DNA of 64,000 nt. Origin: Azolla caroliniana (Eukaryota > Plantae > Polypodiophyta). Below, piece by piece: positions 1 to 11,060 of this stretch. Under the pieces are notes generated by a model. The model did not search any database, was not told the origin of the DNA, and was given only the letters and a program-made list of their open reading frames with translations. Positions within the stretch are counted from its first letter, which is position 1. Every line of letters begins with the position of its first letter. Where the stretch lies: positions 9,672,001 through 9,736,000 of the forward strand of contig JBHGNT010000001.1 of the NCBI GenBank assembly GCA_043228905.1, read 5' to 3'. A program made the translations under genes and the position numbers.

Positions 1-1428
1 CATCGCGAACGGAACTTGGAGTATGCCATTCCAATATTGTTCGAACTTTCGCTAGATCCATGAAGATACCTTTGGATGGATAGGTATAACCCAAGAACTC
101 AACTTCTTTGCAATCAAAACTGCACTTCTCTAGTTTGGCATAAAGACCATACTCTCTTAAGTGTTGGAGTACCTTCTGGACATGTATATCATGCTCCGCT
201 TGTGTTCTAGAGTAAATCAATAGATCATCTAAATAGATGATAAGAAAGGTATCTAGAAAATCTCGGAAAATGTCATTTGCCATATGTTGAAACACGGTAG
301 GAGCAATTGTGAGCCCAAAAGGCATAACTGTATACTCGAAATGGCCATATCGAGTGCGAAATGCAGTCTTCCACTCGTCTCCCGGTCGAATACGGACAAG
401 ATTATATGCACCCCTTACATCAATCTTGGTAAAATGCTTTGCCCCACCAATGCGGTCTAAAAGACTGGAAATTAAAGGTAGAGCATACCTATTTCTTATT
501 GTCACTTTATTTAATCCCCAATAATCCACGACCAAACGAAGTGAGCCATCCTTTTTCTTCACAAAAAAGATAGGAGCACCAACTGGTGACTTTGAATGTC
601 GAATAAATCCACTTGCAAGATTCTCATCAATGTATGCTCGAAGAACCTCAAGTTCTGTTGGTGACAGATTGTAGATCGGACCCCATGGTGGCTCTTTTCC
701 TGGCTGTAGATCAATGGGACAATCGTATGGCCGATGCTTTGGAAGTACATTAGCTTTGACTTTGTCAAAGACATCAGCATATTCTTGGTACTTTTTAGGA
801 ATGTAGACCTCTGACGTCCCTTGAGTGTCACTAGAAGGTGCAGCTAATATGGCAAATAAGAATAAATCTTCTTTTGCTCCTTCTTGGCATAATTGTTCTA
901 GGGTGATGGTTAAAATTTGATGAAGAGGAACAACATGTTTGGTAGAGGGTGAATTGGTAACACTATGTTTTTCAAGGGGAGGATCCTAGGTTCGACCCTT
1001 GACTACTATGTTTCCTTTTGAAGGGCACCTAATTTCTCGTCGTCTCCAATCAATTATTGGGTTGTGTAGCTCGAACCATGGCAAACCAAGGACTATTGGA
1101 TGCGCAGGGCTAAGGATTATGTTAAAGGAGACCGCACATCCTAAATCACCTAAGAGTATGTGTATCGGCTAAGACTCCTCAAATATCTTTCCAGAAGCTA
1201 TGGGACGTCCATCAATCACTACTACGGAAACTGGGCAAGGAAGTTTATGCAAGGCTATTTGATGTTTTCGGGCAAAATCTCTATCCATGAAACAAGAATT
1301 GGCTCCGGTATCTAAGAGAGCTAGGACATGAAGTTGACAACTTGGTGTCCTAACTTGTACTTGGCTTGAGAAAACTCTACTAACATGCTTGAAAGAGATG
1401 GAACCCACACTAGGCTGTACAGATCTAG
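1..1428 (-). pseudogene. Element A pol (aspartic protease and RT), disrupted by stops and split from gag by element B
   Basis: ORF 1169-1444 carries LLDTGANSCFMD and ends in a stop at 1169. RT blocks continue to the window edge. Confidence 0.85.
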
Positions 1429-1855
1429 TGTCATGATATGGCAAGACTCGAACCCATGACCTTATGCTACATGGGTCGAGCTCTTGACCATTAGCCTATA
1501 CATTGTAATACGTAGTTTATTTTCATTTATGTTTTATTATAGAAAATTGATGTATATTCCAGAGAAACCTGGAACATTCTAGAAACTTCAGGAGTATTCC
1601 GTAGAACACTATAAAAGGAGGCACAAGGCATTATTTCGAACCAAATCGGTTCAACGCCAGTCTTAAGCCTCCTAGCTATTGTACATTTTCTTCATATAAT
1701 ATATATCTCTTCTTATCATCACTCTCTCTCGATCTCGATCTCTCTCTCCCTCCCTCTCACTCACTCTTTCCTTCTCTCGAGATTTCTTCACCTCTCTTAG
1801 TACTAATACTTCTTTTAGTACTAATTCCTTCTCTGTCTTCGTACTGTTCCTGACA
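1429..1855 (+). repeat. 5' LTR of element B
   Basis: Direct repeat of 6662-7091, with TATAAAA at 1610-1616. Confidence 0.95.
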
Positions 1856-1928
1856 GTTTGAACCGATTTTCCTACCTTCTGTCTCTCTCATTTCCTACTA
1901 ATCTCTTATTCCTCTTTTCTTTCATCCC

Positions 1929-3080
1929 ATGGCCACTGTTAGCACTGAAGAATATCAATCTGTTTTCTCAGAATTTCAATGCTTGAAAGAGAAGTTCCAT
2001 GCTTTGGAACAAGAAAACCAACGGTTGCTGGGGGATCTTCAACAAATCTCCTTAGAAAAGCAGCAAACGCAACAACAGCTTGGGGAACTTGCGTTACGCG
2101 TGCAACAACTCGAAGCAACCATTGTAGCGATGCAACAACAAGGGCCCGGAACACAAGGGATTCATAAAGAACCCAAGATTGGCCTTCCCACGAAGTTCGA
2201 TGGAACGCGGTCGCAATTTAGAGGGTTCCTTAACCAGGTACGATTAGTTATTCAAATGCATCCTTCCCGATATCCCATCGATGCATCACGAGTGGGTTTA
2301 GTAGGCACTTTGTTAAGTGGCTCAGCGTTGGCATGGTTCGCTCCACTATTAGAAAAGGAATCTCCATTACTCAACAATTTTGAAGAGTTTCTAGGTGAGT
2401 TTAAAGCATGTTTCGGAGATACTGACAGCATCAGGACCGCAATCAACAAAATTCGGCGATTACGCCAAGGTGATCGTCCAGCCTCCGCATATGCTGCAGA
2501 TTTTCGCCTACTCGCCGCTGATATCCCTTGGGATGATCAAGCGTTGATGAAGCAATTCCGTTATGGTTTACGCAACGACGTCAAGGATTTGCTCTTGACC
2601 TTCCCCGAAGAGCCAAAGTCCTTAACAGAAGCAATCAGTCGCGCGGTGAGATGTGACCACCGCCTCTTTGAGCGACGTTCGGAACGACAACTACAGATGC
2701 CGAGGGCAAGATCAGAGCCCACCTACGCCTCAGTGGTAGCAAGACCTTTTCCGAGGGAGTCATATAATGCGCCTCCAGCGAATACTCCGACTCCGATGGA
2801 GATTGACACTACACGTCGTCGAGGGCCATTATCCGAAGAAGAAAAGCAGTGACGTCGTACAAATCGACTATGTCTTTACTGCAGTGGACCAGGACATATT
2901 GCAATAAATTGCCCCCATAGGCCAAGAAGACAGGTAAACCAAATAGTCGCTAGTTCTAATTGTACTAAACCCGAGCCTATTTTAGTAGGGATATCTGATA
3001 GTCCTAATAGTACTAATAGTCGAGATCTAGCGAATAGATTTGATGTCCTTAGTAAGTTAGAAGAAGAGTTAAACGACTAA
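1929..3080 (+). pseudogene. Element B gag (coiled coil, retrotransposon gag domain, degenerate zinc knuckle) with a premature TGA at 2850-2852
   Basis: ORF 1929-2852 continues in frame past a CGA>TGA change through CLYCSGPGHIAINC to TAA at 3078-3080. It is homologous to element A gag. Confidence 0.9.
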
Positions 3081-3112
3081 GTCCAACCAAAATAGGAGTC
3101 GTTTGGTTGGAC
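3068..3112 (+). other. Putative -1 ribosomal frameshift signal between gag and pol
   Basis: G_TTA_AAC heptamer at 3068-3074, then a 6-nt spacer, then a perfect 11-bp stem GTCCAACCAAA/TTTGGTTGGAC (3081-3112). pol is open in the -1 frame from this point. Confidence 0.75.
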
Positions 3113-6100
3113 AACCCTAGATCTGTGCAGCCCATTAGTGGTTCCATTCCCTCTAAGCAAGTTAGTGATGTGTTCATAGCCCAAGTAATAGTTAGTACTA
3201 AAAGTACCCCTCCAGTACTTGTCCTAGCACTCCTAGATTCCGAAGCTAACTCTTGCTTTATGGATAAGAAATTTGCTCAAGCTCATAAGATATCCCTAAG
3301 AAAACTCCAGTGTCCAACCTCTGTAGTAGTCATTGATGGACGTCCCATTGCTTCCGGAAATATCATAGAAGAGTCAGAGCCCATTAATATTGTCCTAGAT
3401 AACTTAGCATGTGTAGTATCATTTAATATTATTAGTATCCCAGAACATCCCATAGTTTTAGGATTACCGTGGTTCGAGTTACATAACCCAGACATAGATT
3501 GGAGAACAAGAGAAATCCGGTGTCGACAAACCCAAGGGTCAACTCAGAAGATGGCAACCATTTCGCTACATCAGTTGCGTAAAGAAGGGCACAAGGAGGA
3601 AATGTTCCTCTTTGCAATATCAGTAAACCCCTCCAACACCACTAAAGAAGAATCCACCGTTCAACTTCCCGAGAAGTATCGTCATTACGCCGATGTGTTC
3701 GATAAAGTACAAGCCAATACACTTCCTTATCATCGACCGTACGATTGCCCCATCGATTTACAACTGGGAAAAGAACCGCCATGGGGACCGATCTACAATT
3801 TGTCACCAACCGAGCTGGAAGTCCTTCGGGCCTACGTAGAGGAGAATTTGGAAAATGGTTTCATTCGGCATTCGAAATCTCCAGCCGGCGCGCCCATTTT
3901 CTTCGTCAAGAAAAAGGATGGATCTCTTCGTCTCGTTGTAGATTACCGTGGCCTGAATAAGGTTACAATCAGGAATAGGTATGCTCTTCCCCTTATCTCA
4001 AGTCTTTTAGAACGGATCAATGGTGCCAGGTTCTTCACGAAGATTGACTTACGGGGAACATATAACCTCGTACGGATCCGACCAGGAGACGAATGGAAGA
4101 CCGCGTTTCGCACCAGATATGGACACTTTGAGTATACGGTCATGCCGTTCGGCCTCACTAATGCGCCGGCAGTCTTCCAACACATGGTTAATTATATATT
4201 CCGAGATCTATTGGATGATTGTTTGATCATCTATTTGGATGATCTACTGGTTTATTCAAAGACCCAAGAAGAACATGATTCTCATGTACTATTAGTACTA
4301 AAACGACTTCGAGAACATGGTCTGTATGCAAAGCTGGAAAAATGTAGTTTCGGGTGCAACCAAGTGGAATTTCTCGGCTACATCATTTCGTCAGAAGGCA
4401 TCTCCATGGACCCAGCTAAGGTCAAAACGGTGGTAGAATGGCAAACTCTGCGTTCAATGCGAGATGTGCAATGCTTCCTAGGCTTTGCCAATTTTTACCG
4501 GAAGTTCATACAAGATTACTCAAAGATCGTTCTACCTCTCACACAACTTACCAGGAAGGGACAACCGTTCATCTGGTCTAAAGAAACGGACATGGCTTTC
4601 GAGAGTCTTAAAAAGGCATTTACATCGGCTCCAATTCTAGCTCATGTCGATCCGGAAAAACCATTCATTATCGAAGCTGACGCATCGGATTTTGCATTGG
4701 GGAGCATTCTATCACAACAGGGGAATGATGAGAAGCTACATCCTGTGGCTTTTCACTCACGCAAGTTTGACGCCGCCGAAATCAACTACGAAATTCATGA
4801 TAAGGAGCTATTGGCAATAGTGGATTCTTTTATGCAATGGAGGCATTTTTTGGAGGGATCCTCTCATCCGATCACCGTATTTAGTGACCACAAGAACGTT
4901 GCCTACTTTCAGGATGCTCGTGTGTTGAATCGACGTCAAGCTCGGTGGGCCCACTTCCTCACGCGTTTCGACTTCAAAATTACTTATCGTCCGGGGAAGC
5001 ACCAAGGGAAGGCAGATGCATTATCACGGTGTTCGTATCTAGCACCCCGTCCCGGCGAGCCAGCTTTCGATAACCAAAAACAAGTCATCTTGGGACCGGC
5101 ACGACTACAAGCAACACAGATCTTTGACATGCCCATGGATTCCCGCGTTATCGATACCATACGCGAAGACTTGAAGACAGATGCGTTCGCCCAAGCTATA
5201 CTAGCACAAATTGATCCCTCTCGAGCGTCGTGTTCACAGTCGCAACCACCAGGTACGGACTATCGGCAATTCAAATACCATGATGGATTACTCTTCTTTA
5301 AAGAACTTTTGTATGTTCCTAATGGTTCTTGCCGCCTTCAAGTAGTACAAAACTGTCATGACACATATACAGCTGGGCATTTTGGTAGTACTAAAACGCT
5401 ACATTTAGTACAACGATCATTCTGGTGGCCCTATATGCGACAATTTGTCGAGGATTTTGTTCGGACTTGTGATACATGCTGCAGAGCGAAAATGCCAAGG
5501 CATCATCCATATGGTTTATTAGAACCATTACCAATTCCAAGCAAGCCGTGGCAATCCATTGCTCTAGACTTCATCACAGATCTTCCAGCCTCTAAGGGGT
5601 TCAATGCGATTCTAACGGTGGTCGATTGATATACGAAGATGGCTCATTTCTTGCCATGTACTAAGGAGATCTCCAGTGAAGACACTGCCGAAATTGTCAT
5701 GCATGAAGTATGTCGGTATCATGGACTTCCCGATAGTATCATCAGCGACCGTGGACCCCAGTTCGTGTCAAAATTCTGGAAGCACCTTTTTAACATGCTC
5801 AAGGTCACTTCTGGAAGCACCTCTCCTCCGGCTACCACCCACAAACCGACGACCAAGCCGAACGAACCAATCAAACGCTGGAGCAGTATCTACGGTGCTT
5901 TCTCAGCTATCATCAGGATAACTGGGCAGATATTCTCCACTTCGCCTAATTTGCCTATAACAACTCTATCCACGCATCCACTAAAGTTACGCCATTTTAT
6001 GCTTATATGGGATGTCATCCCCGGTGGTGTGTACTTGAAACCCCAGAGGTGTCCACAAATCCTTGTGCAGAGGATCGTTTGGAGAGGTTACGCAAGATAC

Positions 6101-6669
6101 AAGTGGATTTATCTACTCATCTCCAACAAGCTCAAGAAACACACAAGGTTTATGCGGATCGTCATCGACTCCCATCTAGTTTTAACATTAGAGATCGGGT
6201 ATGGCTACTCCGACGACACATCAAGACTACTCGCCCATGCGAGAAGTTGGATTATCGGCGATTAGGTCCCTTCCGTATTATAGGAAAGATTAATGATGTC
6301 GCTTTTCGTCTTGATCTACCTCCACAACTTCGGATACATCCGGTGTTTCATAGTTCTCTCCTTGAACCCTATCAAGAGAGCACCATCCCAGGACGTATTA
6401 CACAGCCTCCACCCCCGATCGAGCTTGAAGATGGACCTGAGTACGAGGTTGCCGCCATCCTTGATTCCAAGCTTGTTCGCAACAAGCTCTACTATCTAGT
6501 CGATTGGCTAGGATATAGTCCCAGCGAGCGTACTTGGGAACCGATAGAGAATGTCACCAATGCTCGTGCTCTTCTTGAAGACTTCCATCGTCAATATCCA
6601 GACAAACCGGATCCTCAATCAAAAATGACTCATTACACTCGTCGTTTTAAAGGGGGGATAGTGTCATGA
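3107..6669 (+). pseudogene. Element B pol: protease, RT, RNase H, integrase, C-terminal chromodomain; broken by stops and a frameshift
   Basis: Motifs: LLDSEAN (catalytic DSG altered), YLDDLL, EADASDFALG, integrase HHCC, SDRGPQF, GPF, and chromodomain YEVAAILDSK...YLVDWLGY...TWEP. Lesions: stop at 5627-5629, a local duplication/frameshift near 5810, and a further stop near 5947. Confidence 0.92.
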
Positions 6670-7091
6670 TATGGCAAGACTCAAACCCATGACCTTATGC
6701 TACATGGGTCGAGCTCTTGACCATTAGACTATACATTGTAATACATAGAATATTATTTTCATTTATATTTTACTATAGAAAATTGATGTATATTCCAGAT
6801 TTCTCTGGAACATTCTAGAAACTTCAGGAGTATTCCGTAGAACACTATAAAAGGAGGCACAAGGCATTATTTCGAACCAAATTGGTTCAACGCCAGTCTT
6901 AAGCCTCCTAGCTACTGTACATTTTCTTCATATAATATATATCTCTTCTTATCATCACTCTCTCTCTCTCTCTATGTCTCTCTCCCTCCCTCTCACTCAC
7001 TCTTTCCTTCTCTCGAGAGTTCTTCACCTCTCTTAGTACTAATACTTCTTTTAGTACTAATTCCTTCTCTGTCTTCGTACTGTTCCTGACA
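6662..7091 (+). repeat. 3' LTR of element B
   Basis: Direct repeat of 1429-1855. Confidence 0.95.
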
Positions 7092-7132
7092 TCTAGGACT
7101 GTCCAACCAAACGGCTCCGATTTTGGCCAGAC

Positions 7133-8371
7133 TTATTCGTTTGACTCCTCATCTAATTGGTTTAGGACCTCAAACTTATTGGATAGAGTTGGATTACTAG
7201 AAACACTAGTTGGCATAGTTTCAACAATGCTAGACTCATTTCTATTATCAATAATGCTAGACTCATTTCTATTATCAATAATGCTAGACCCATTTCTATT
7301 ATCAATAATGCTAGACTCATTTCTATTATCACAGTTAATGTGATGTACCTGACGTCTCGGTCTGTGTGCACAATGAATGGCAATATGTCCTAGACCTCCA
7401 GAATATAAGCATAATCGATTTTCTCGACGACGTTGTTTCTCTTCATCAGATAAAGGTCCTCGTCGCCGGGTCATATCAATTTCCATCGGTGTCAGGCTAT
7501 CCAGTGGTGTTGGGCTACGTGCTTGTTGTGGAGTTGGGACGGGGCTATATTGTTGCCTTGGAGATTGTGCCATCACTGATGCATAAGTTGGCGTAAATCT
7601 TGATCTTGTTTGTTGTTGTTGTCGCTTGGACCGACGCTTAAAAAGCCGATTATCACACCGTATTGCTCGGCTAATAGCTTCTGTAAGGGATTTTGGATAC
7701 TCAGGGAAGGTAATAAGTAAATCTTTTACATCTCCACATAGGCCCAAACGAAACTGCTCCATTAAAGCTTGTTTGTCCCAAGAAATATCACTTGCAATGA
7801 GACGAAAATTGGTTGCATACGTTGACGTTGGTTGATCCCCTTGTCGCAATGTGTGAATATTGTTGATTGTCGCTCTTACACTATCTGGGTCTCCGAAGCA
7901 AGCCTTAAACTCTTCGATAAATTCTTCAAAGTTGTTGAGTAGGGGCGAATTTGCTTCTAGCAATGGAGCAAACCATGACAATGTCGTGCCAGTCAATAAA
8001 GTGCCCACTAACCCAACTCGAGATGAATCCGTCGGATAACGCGTGGGATGCATCTGAATTACCAACCGCACTTGATTTATAAAACCCCGAAAATGTGCTC
8101 TCGACCCATCGAATTTAGCTGGGAAGCTGATTTTGGGCTCCTTAAGAACTACTTGACTGTCGACTTTTAGTTGTTGTAAAGCTACTATTGCCGACTCTAG
8201 TTGTTGAACCCTTCGTGTAAACTCGTCGTGTATTTGTTGCTTCTCTAGCGAAACCTTCTGTAGGTCTTCAAGCAATCGTTGATTCTCCAGCTCTAGTGAT
8301 GCAAACTTGCTTTTGAGATTCTCAATTTCTGCAACAAGGGCGAAGTATTCTTGTGGGTTGCCAATAGCCAT
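7133..8371 (-). CDS. Element A gag, 412 aa, open
   Basis: Homologous to element B gag (KFDGSRAHFRGFINQVRLVIQMHP). It carries about four copies of a 27-nt repeat (IIDNRNESS) at ~7226-7330. Confidence 0.9.
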   Translation of the reverse strand: MAIGNPQEYFALVAEIENLKSKFASLELENQRLLEDLQKVSLEKQQIHDEFTRRVQQLESAIVALQQLKVDSQVVLKEPKISFPAKFDGSRAHFRGFINQVRLVIQMHPTRYPTDSSRVGLVGTLLTGTTLSWFAPLLEANSPLLNNFEEFIEEFKACFGDPDSVRATINNIHTLRQGDQPTSTYATNFRLIASDISWDKQALMEQFRLGLCGDVKDLLITFPEYPKSLTEAISRAIRCDNRLFKRRSKRQQQQTRSRFTPTYASVMAQSPRQQYSPVPTPQQARSPTPLDSLTPMEIDMTRRRGPLSDEEKQRRRENRLCLYSGGLGHIAIHCAHRPRRQVHHINCDNRNESSIIDNRNGSSIIDNRNESSIIDNRNESSIVETMPTSVSSNPTLSNKFEVLNQLDEESNE

Positions 8372-8430
8372 GGGTACTTACTAGTGTTTGTGGAAGAGGC
8401 TAGACGAGAAGAAGGAAATTCGAATCAAAC

Positions 8431-8908
8431 TGTCAGAACCAAGAGAGAAGGTAAAGTGATAGAAGAGAGATATAAAGAGATCACAAGAAGAGGAATGAAA
8501 TGATAAGAGAAGAATGAATGTATTAAAGTAGAATAAGAATGGATATAAGATAGGCAATGAGAGCTTAAGACTGGTGTTGATTCGAATTGGTTTTGAGAAG
8601 AATTGTATGTCCATATTTATAGGTTCCTATAGAATAACCTAGTGATTTCTATAATGTTCTAGAATGTTCTAGACCTAGAATATTCTAAGATGTTCTAGGA
8701 TATTCTAGAATGTTCTTGGATATTCTAGAATGTTCTAGGATGTTCTAGAATGTTCTAGAACATTTACAATATCAGTCTATTACAAGAAGTAGCTTTTATT
8801 CTTTCATATAATCATATGTTATCTTAATGGTTAGGTTCTTGATTATGTATTACAAGGTCTTGGGTTCAAGCTTAAGTGAAGCCACATAATGTTCACGGAT
8901 TCATGACA
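8431..8908 (-). repeat. 5' LTR of element A, with a TGTTCTAGAA tandem array
   Basis: TG...CA ends on the minus strand, TATAAA at 8621-8616, and homology to the solo LTR starting at 24917. Confidence 0.88.
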
Positions 8909-9077
8909 TATGGAGTGAAATTGTATGTAGCCACTCTAAAGAGCCAATATGATGGCCTCAAGGGCAGCTCTGATAGAGTTGAAAGACAACGAATAGCCTT
9001 CATCCAACAATGGTCGTCCTCTCCCTTTCTTGAGTCAGTGGGCATCCACATAAGATGGAACAATCGCGTCCCTACAG

Positions 9078-9258
9078 GGATTTATACATAATCATCTCAT
9101 TTGTAAAATTTTATAACTAATGGAAGGAGTTTTTATTTGGAAAATAAATAAATAAAATGGAGCAATTGGATTTATACATAATCATCTCATTTGTAAAATT
9201 TTATAACTAATGGAAGGAGTTTTTTATTTGGAAAATAAATAAATAAAATGGAGCAATT
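9078..9258. repeat. Tandem duplication of a ~90-bp AT-rich unit
   Basis: GGATTTATACATAATCATCTC...GGAGCAATT starts at both 9078 and 9168. Confidence 0.9.
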
Positions 9259-10809
9259 TTTTCAGTAATTCAACACTATCATGTGCTGACATCATCGCAT
9301 GATGGTTCAATGGTCATGTTGCTAGAAACTATATGATGCATGATTTAATTAGAGATATTATAAATTTAGACTGAGATGCAAAAAATCAAAGGAACTATAG
9401 GAATCTATTTGTACACCAATGGTTAGTGGTGCTAGAAAGTAACTAAAGTTATTCTTTGACATCAATCTATATGAAATGCATGCACCGACTACATGTAGCC
9501 TTGTAGGCCTTGTAGGGCCAACTACTTCAAACACCACTTACCGTAGAAGTGTCAATTTAATAATGAAAACTTCAGACTCTACAACCAACAAAAGCTAGTT
9601 AGCATGTATGTTATAAAAGCAACATCCAGTTTTTTAATTAAAAGCTCATTCCATTGTTTAAAATAATGGTATTAACATCTATCTTAATACTTAAATGTTC
9701 TTATGCCACTTTAACATCTTAATGGTTTTAGATTATTAAACAATCCTAATAATCTTTTTTATTCGTGTTGGCAATGGACACATTGAATAATACTCGCAAA
9801 AACAACAATTATAGCCCCAAATGCTAGTATGTCTATCTAGGGCTTCGTATTACATTCATGTTGGTGCATCATATTGATTGCACAAGGACCACATATGGCT
9901 CCACATCGTAATAACTAAGGCTATTTGAGATAATGGGACTTGGTGGCGTGTGTATGGCTTTGTGTATAGACATGTTTTTGAGCCTACCACTATCTTGATA
10001 GTATTGACTTCTAATTGTTAAGAATGTATGTCATCGAAACACACACACAATATATAAAGATTCATTTCAAGAGGCCATGCCATAAAAATAATTTTCCCTT
10101 CTTCTTTTTTGTTTAAGGTCATGGTTTTGTGATTGAATTAAAGTTCTTCATAGTTCTAGTGTAAGATCAAGGTACATAACATATACTAGTCACATTTTTT
10201 AAGTTGAAGATTATAGATCTCAACATTAATATGGCCACATACATTAAAAATATGAATCTTTGTATTGTGTGTGCTTGGATCACACATATCATGCTCAACC
10301 TTGATAAAAGCTAGGAGTCGATACTCATGAAGATAGTTATGGGCACACAAAAGTGTGCATACATACAGACATACATGTGTTGACTAGCTATGGGTCTTCA
10401 ATCTCACTCCTTAGTAAGTAAATAATATAAGATGTAGTTAGAAAAAGACATATTTTCATCAGAATGTTCCATACATGGTCCTAGAGCAATCAATAATATG
10501 ATGTAGAGAACACAAATATTGTTGAGTTTGTGAAATTGCCATTATTTCATGACGTAAAAGTGAGAGATGTTAAAAGTTTCATACAAATATTTGAATTTTA
10601 AAATAGACGCTAAATAATTATTTGAAAATTATAGGATGAGGTCTAGTTCCTTTCAGAATGATAATTTTTGCGAATATATAATTCAATGTAGAGTTCGAAG
10701 TTTGCATTATTAAATTAATGCTCGTGTGTTATACATCTTTCAATTGATATACATCTTTCGACACCAACCATTGGAATTCATTAGCAAAGTTTCGATCAGA
10801 TTGCAGGGA

Positions 10810-11060
10810 TTTCTAAAGGTGGTATTTTGGTGAACATTGGAAGCAGGGCTCAGGCGTGATGTGGAGAAGCTGGCTAATCAAAATGAGAAACGGAATGCTT
10901 AGTAATATATGTGGCATAGACTCCATTCATAAAGGTCATTGGTGGTAATTCCTTGATTGATATGGATGTTAAATGTGGCTGGATTGCTGAAGCTACATGA
11001 TTGTTCAAGAGTGTTCTAGCTAAATATGTTGCAATATTCATTGTAATAGTGGATTGTTTT
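10810..11060 (+). pseudogene. Degenerate PPR (PLS-class) gene remnant
   Basis: Translates as VIGGNSLIDMDVKCGWIAEAT*LFKSVLAKYVAIFIVIVD, resembling the GNSLIDMYxKCG...A..LF motif. Confidence 0.55.

Larger units (their letters stand above)
1429..7091 (+). mobile_element. Element B: full-length chromovirus LTR retrotransposon (gag-PR-RT-RH-INT-chromodomain), degenerate
   Basis: LTRs at 1429-1855 and 6662-7091 (TG...CA). 5-bp TSD TCTAG at 1424-1428 and 7092-7096. PPT AAAGGGGGGATAG lies immediately before 6662. Confidence 0.96.
1..8908 (-). mobile_element. Element A: Ty3/gypsy chromovirus-type (Tcn1/Tf1-like) LTR retrotransposon, interrupted by element B; its 3' part runs off the left edge of the window
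   Basis: 5' LTR at 8431-8908 reads TGTCATGA...TGACA on the minus strand. gag is at 7133-8371. pol resumes at 1428 and reads leftward with a protease motif (LLDTGAN) and RT motifs (KTAFRTRYGHFEY, YLDDLL) that align with element B pol. Confidence 0.92.

Noticed and set aside
8650-8765. Short palindromic repeats as a possible CRISPR-like array
   Set aside because: 10-bp tandem units with no unique spacers, inside a eukaryotic LTR.
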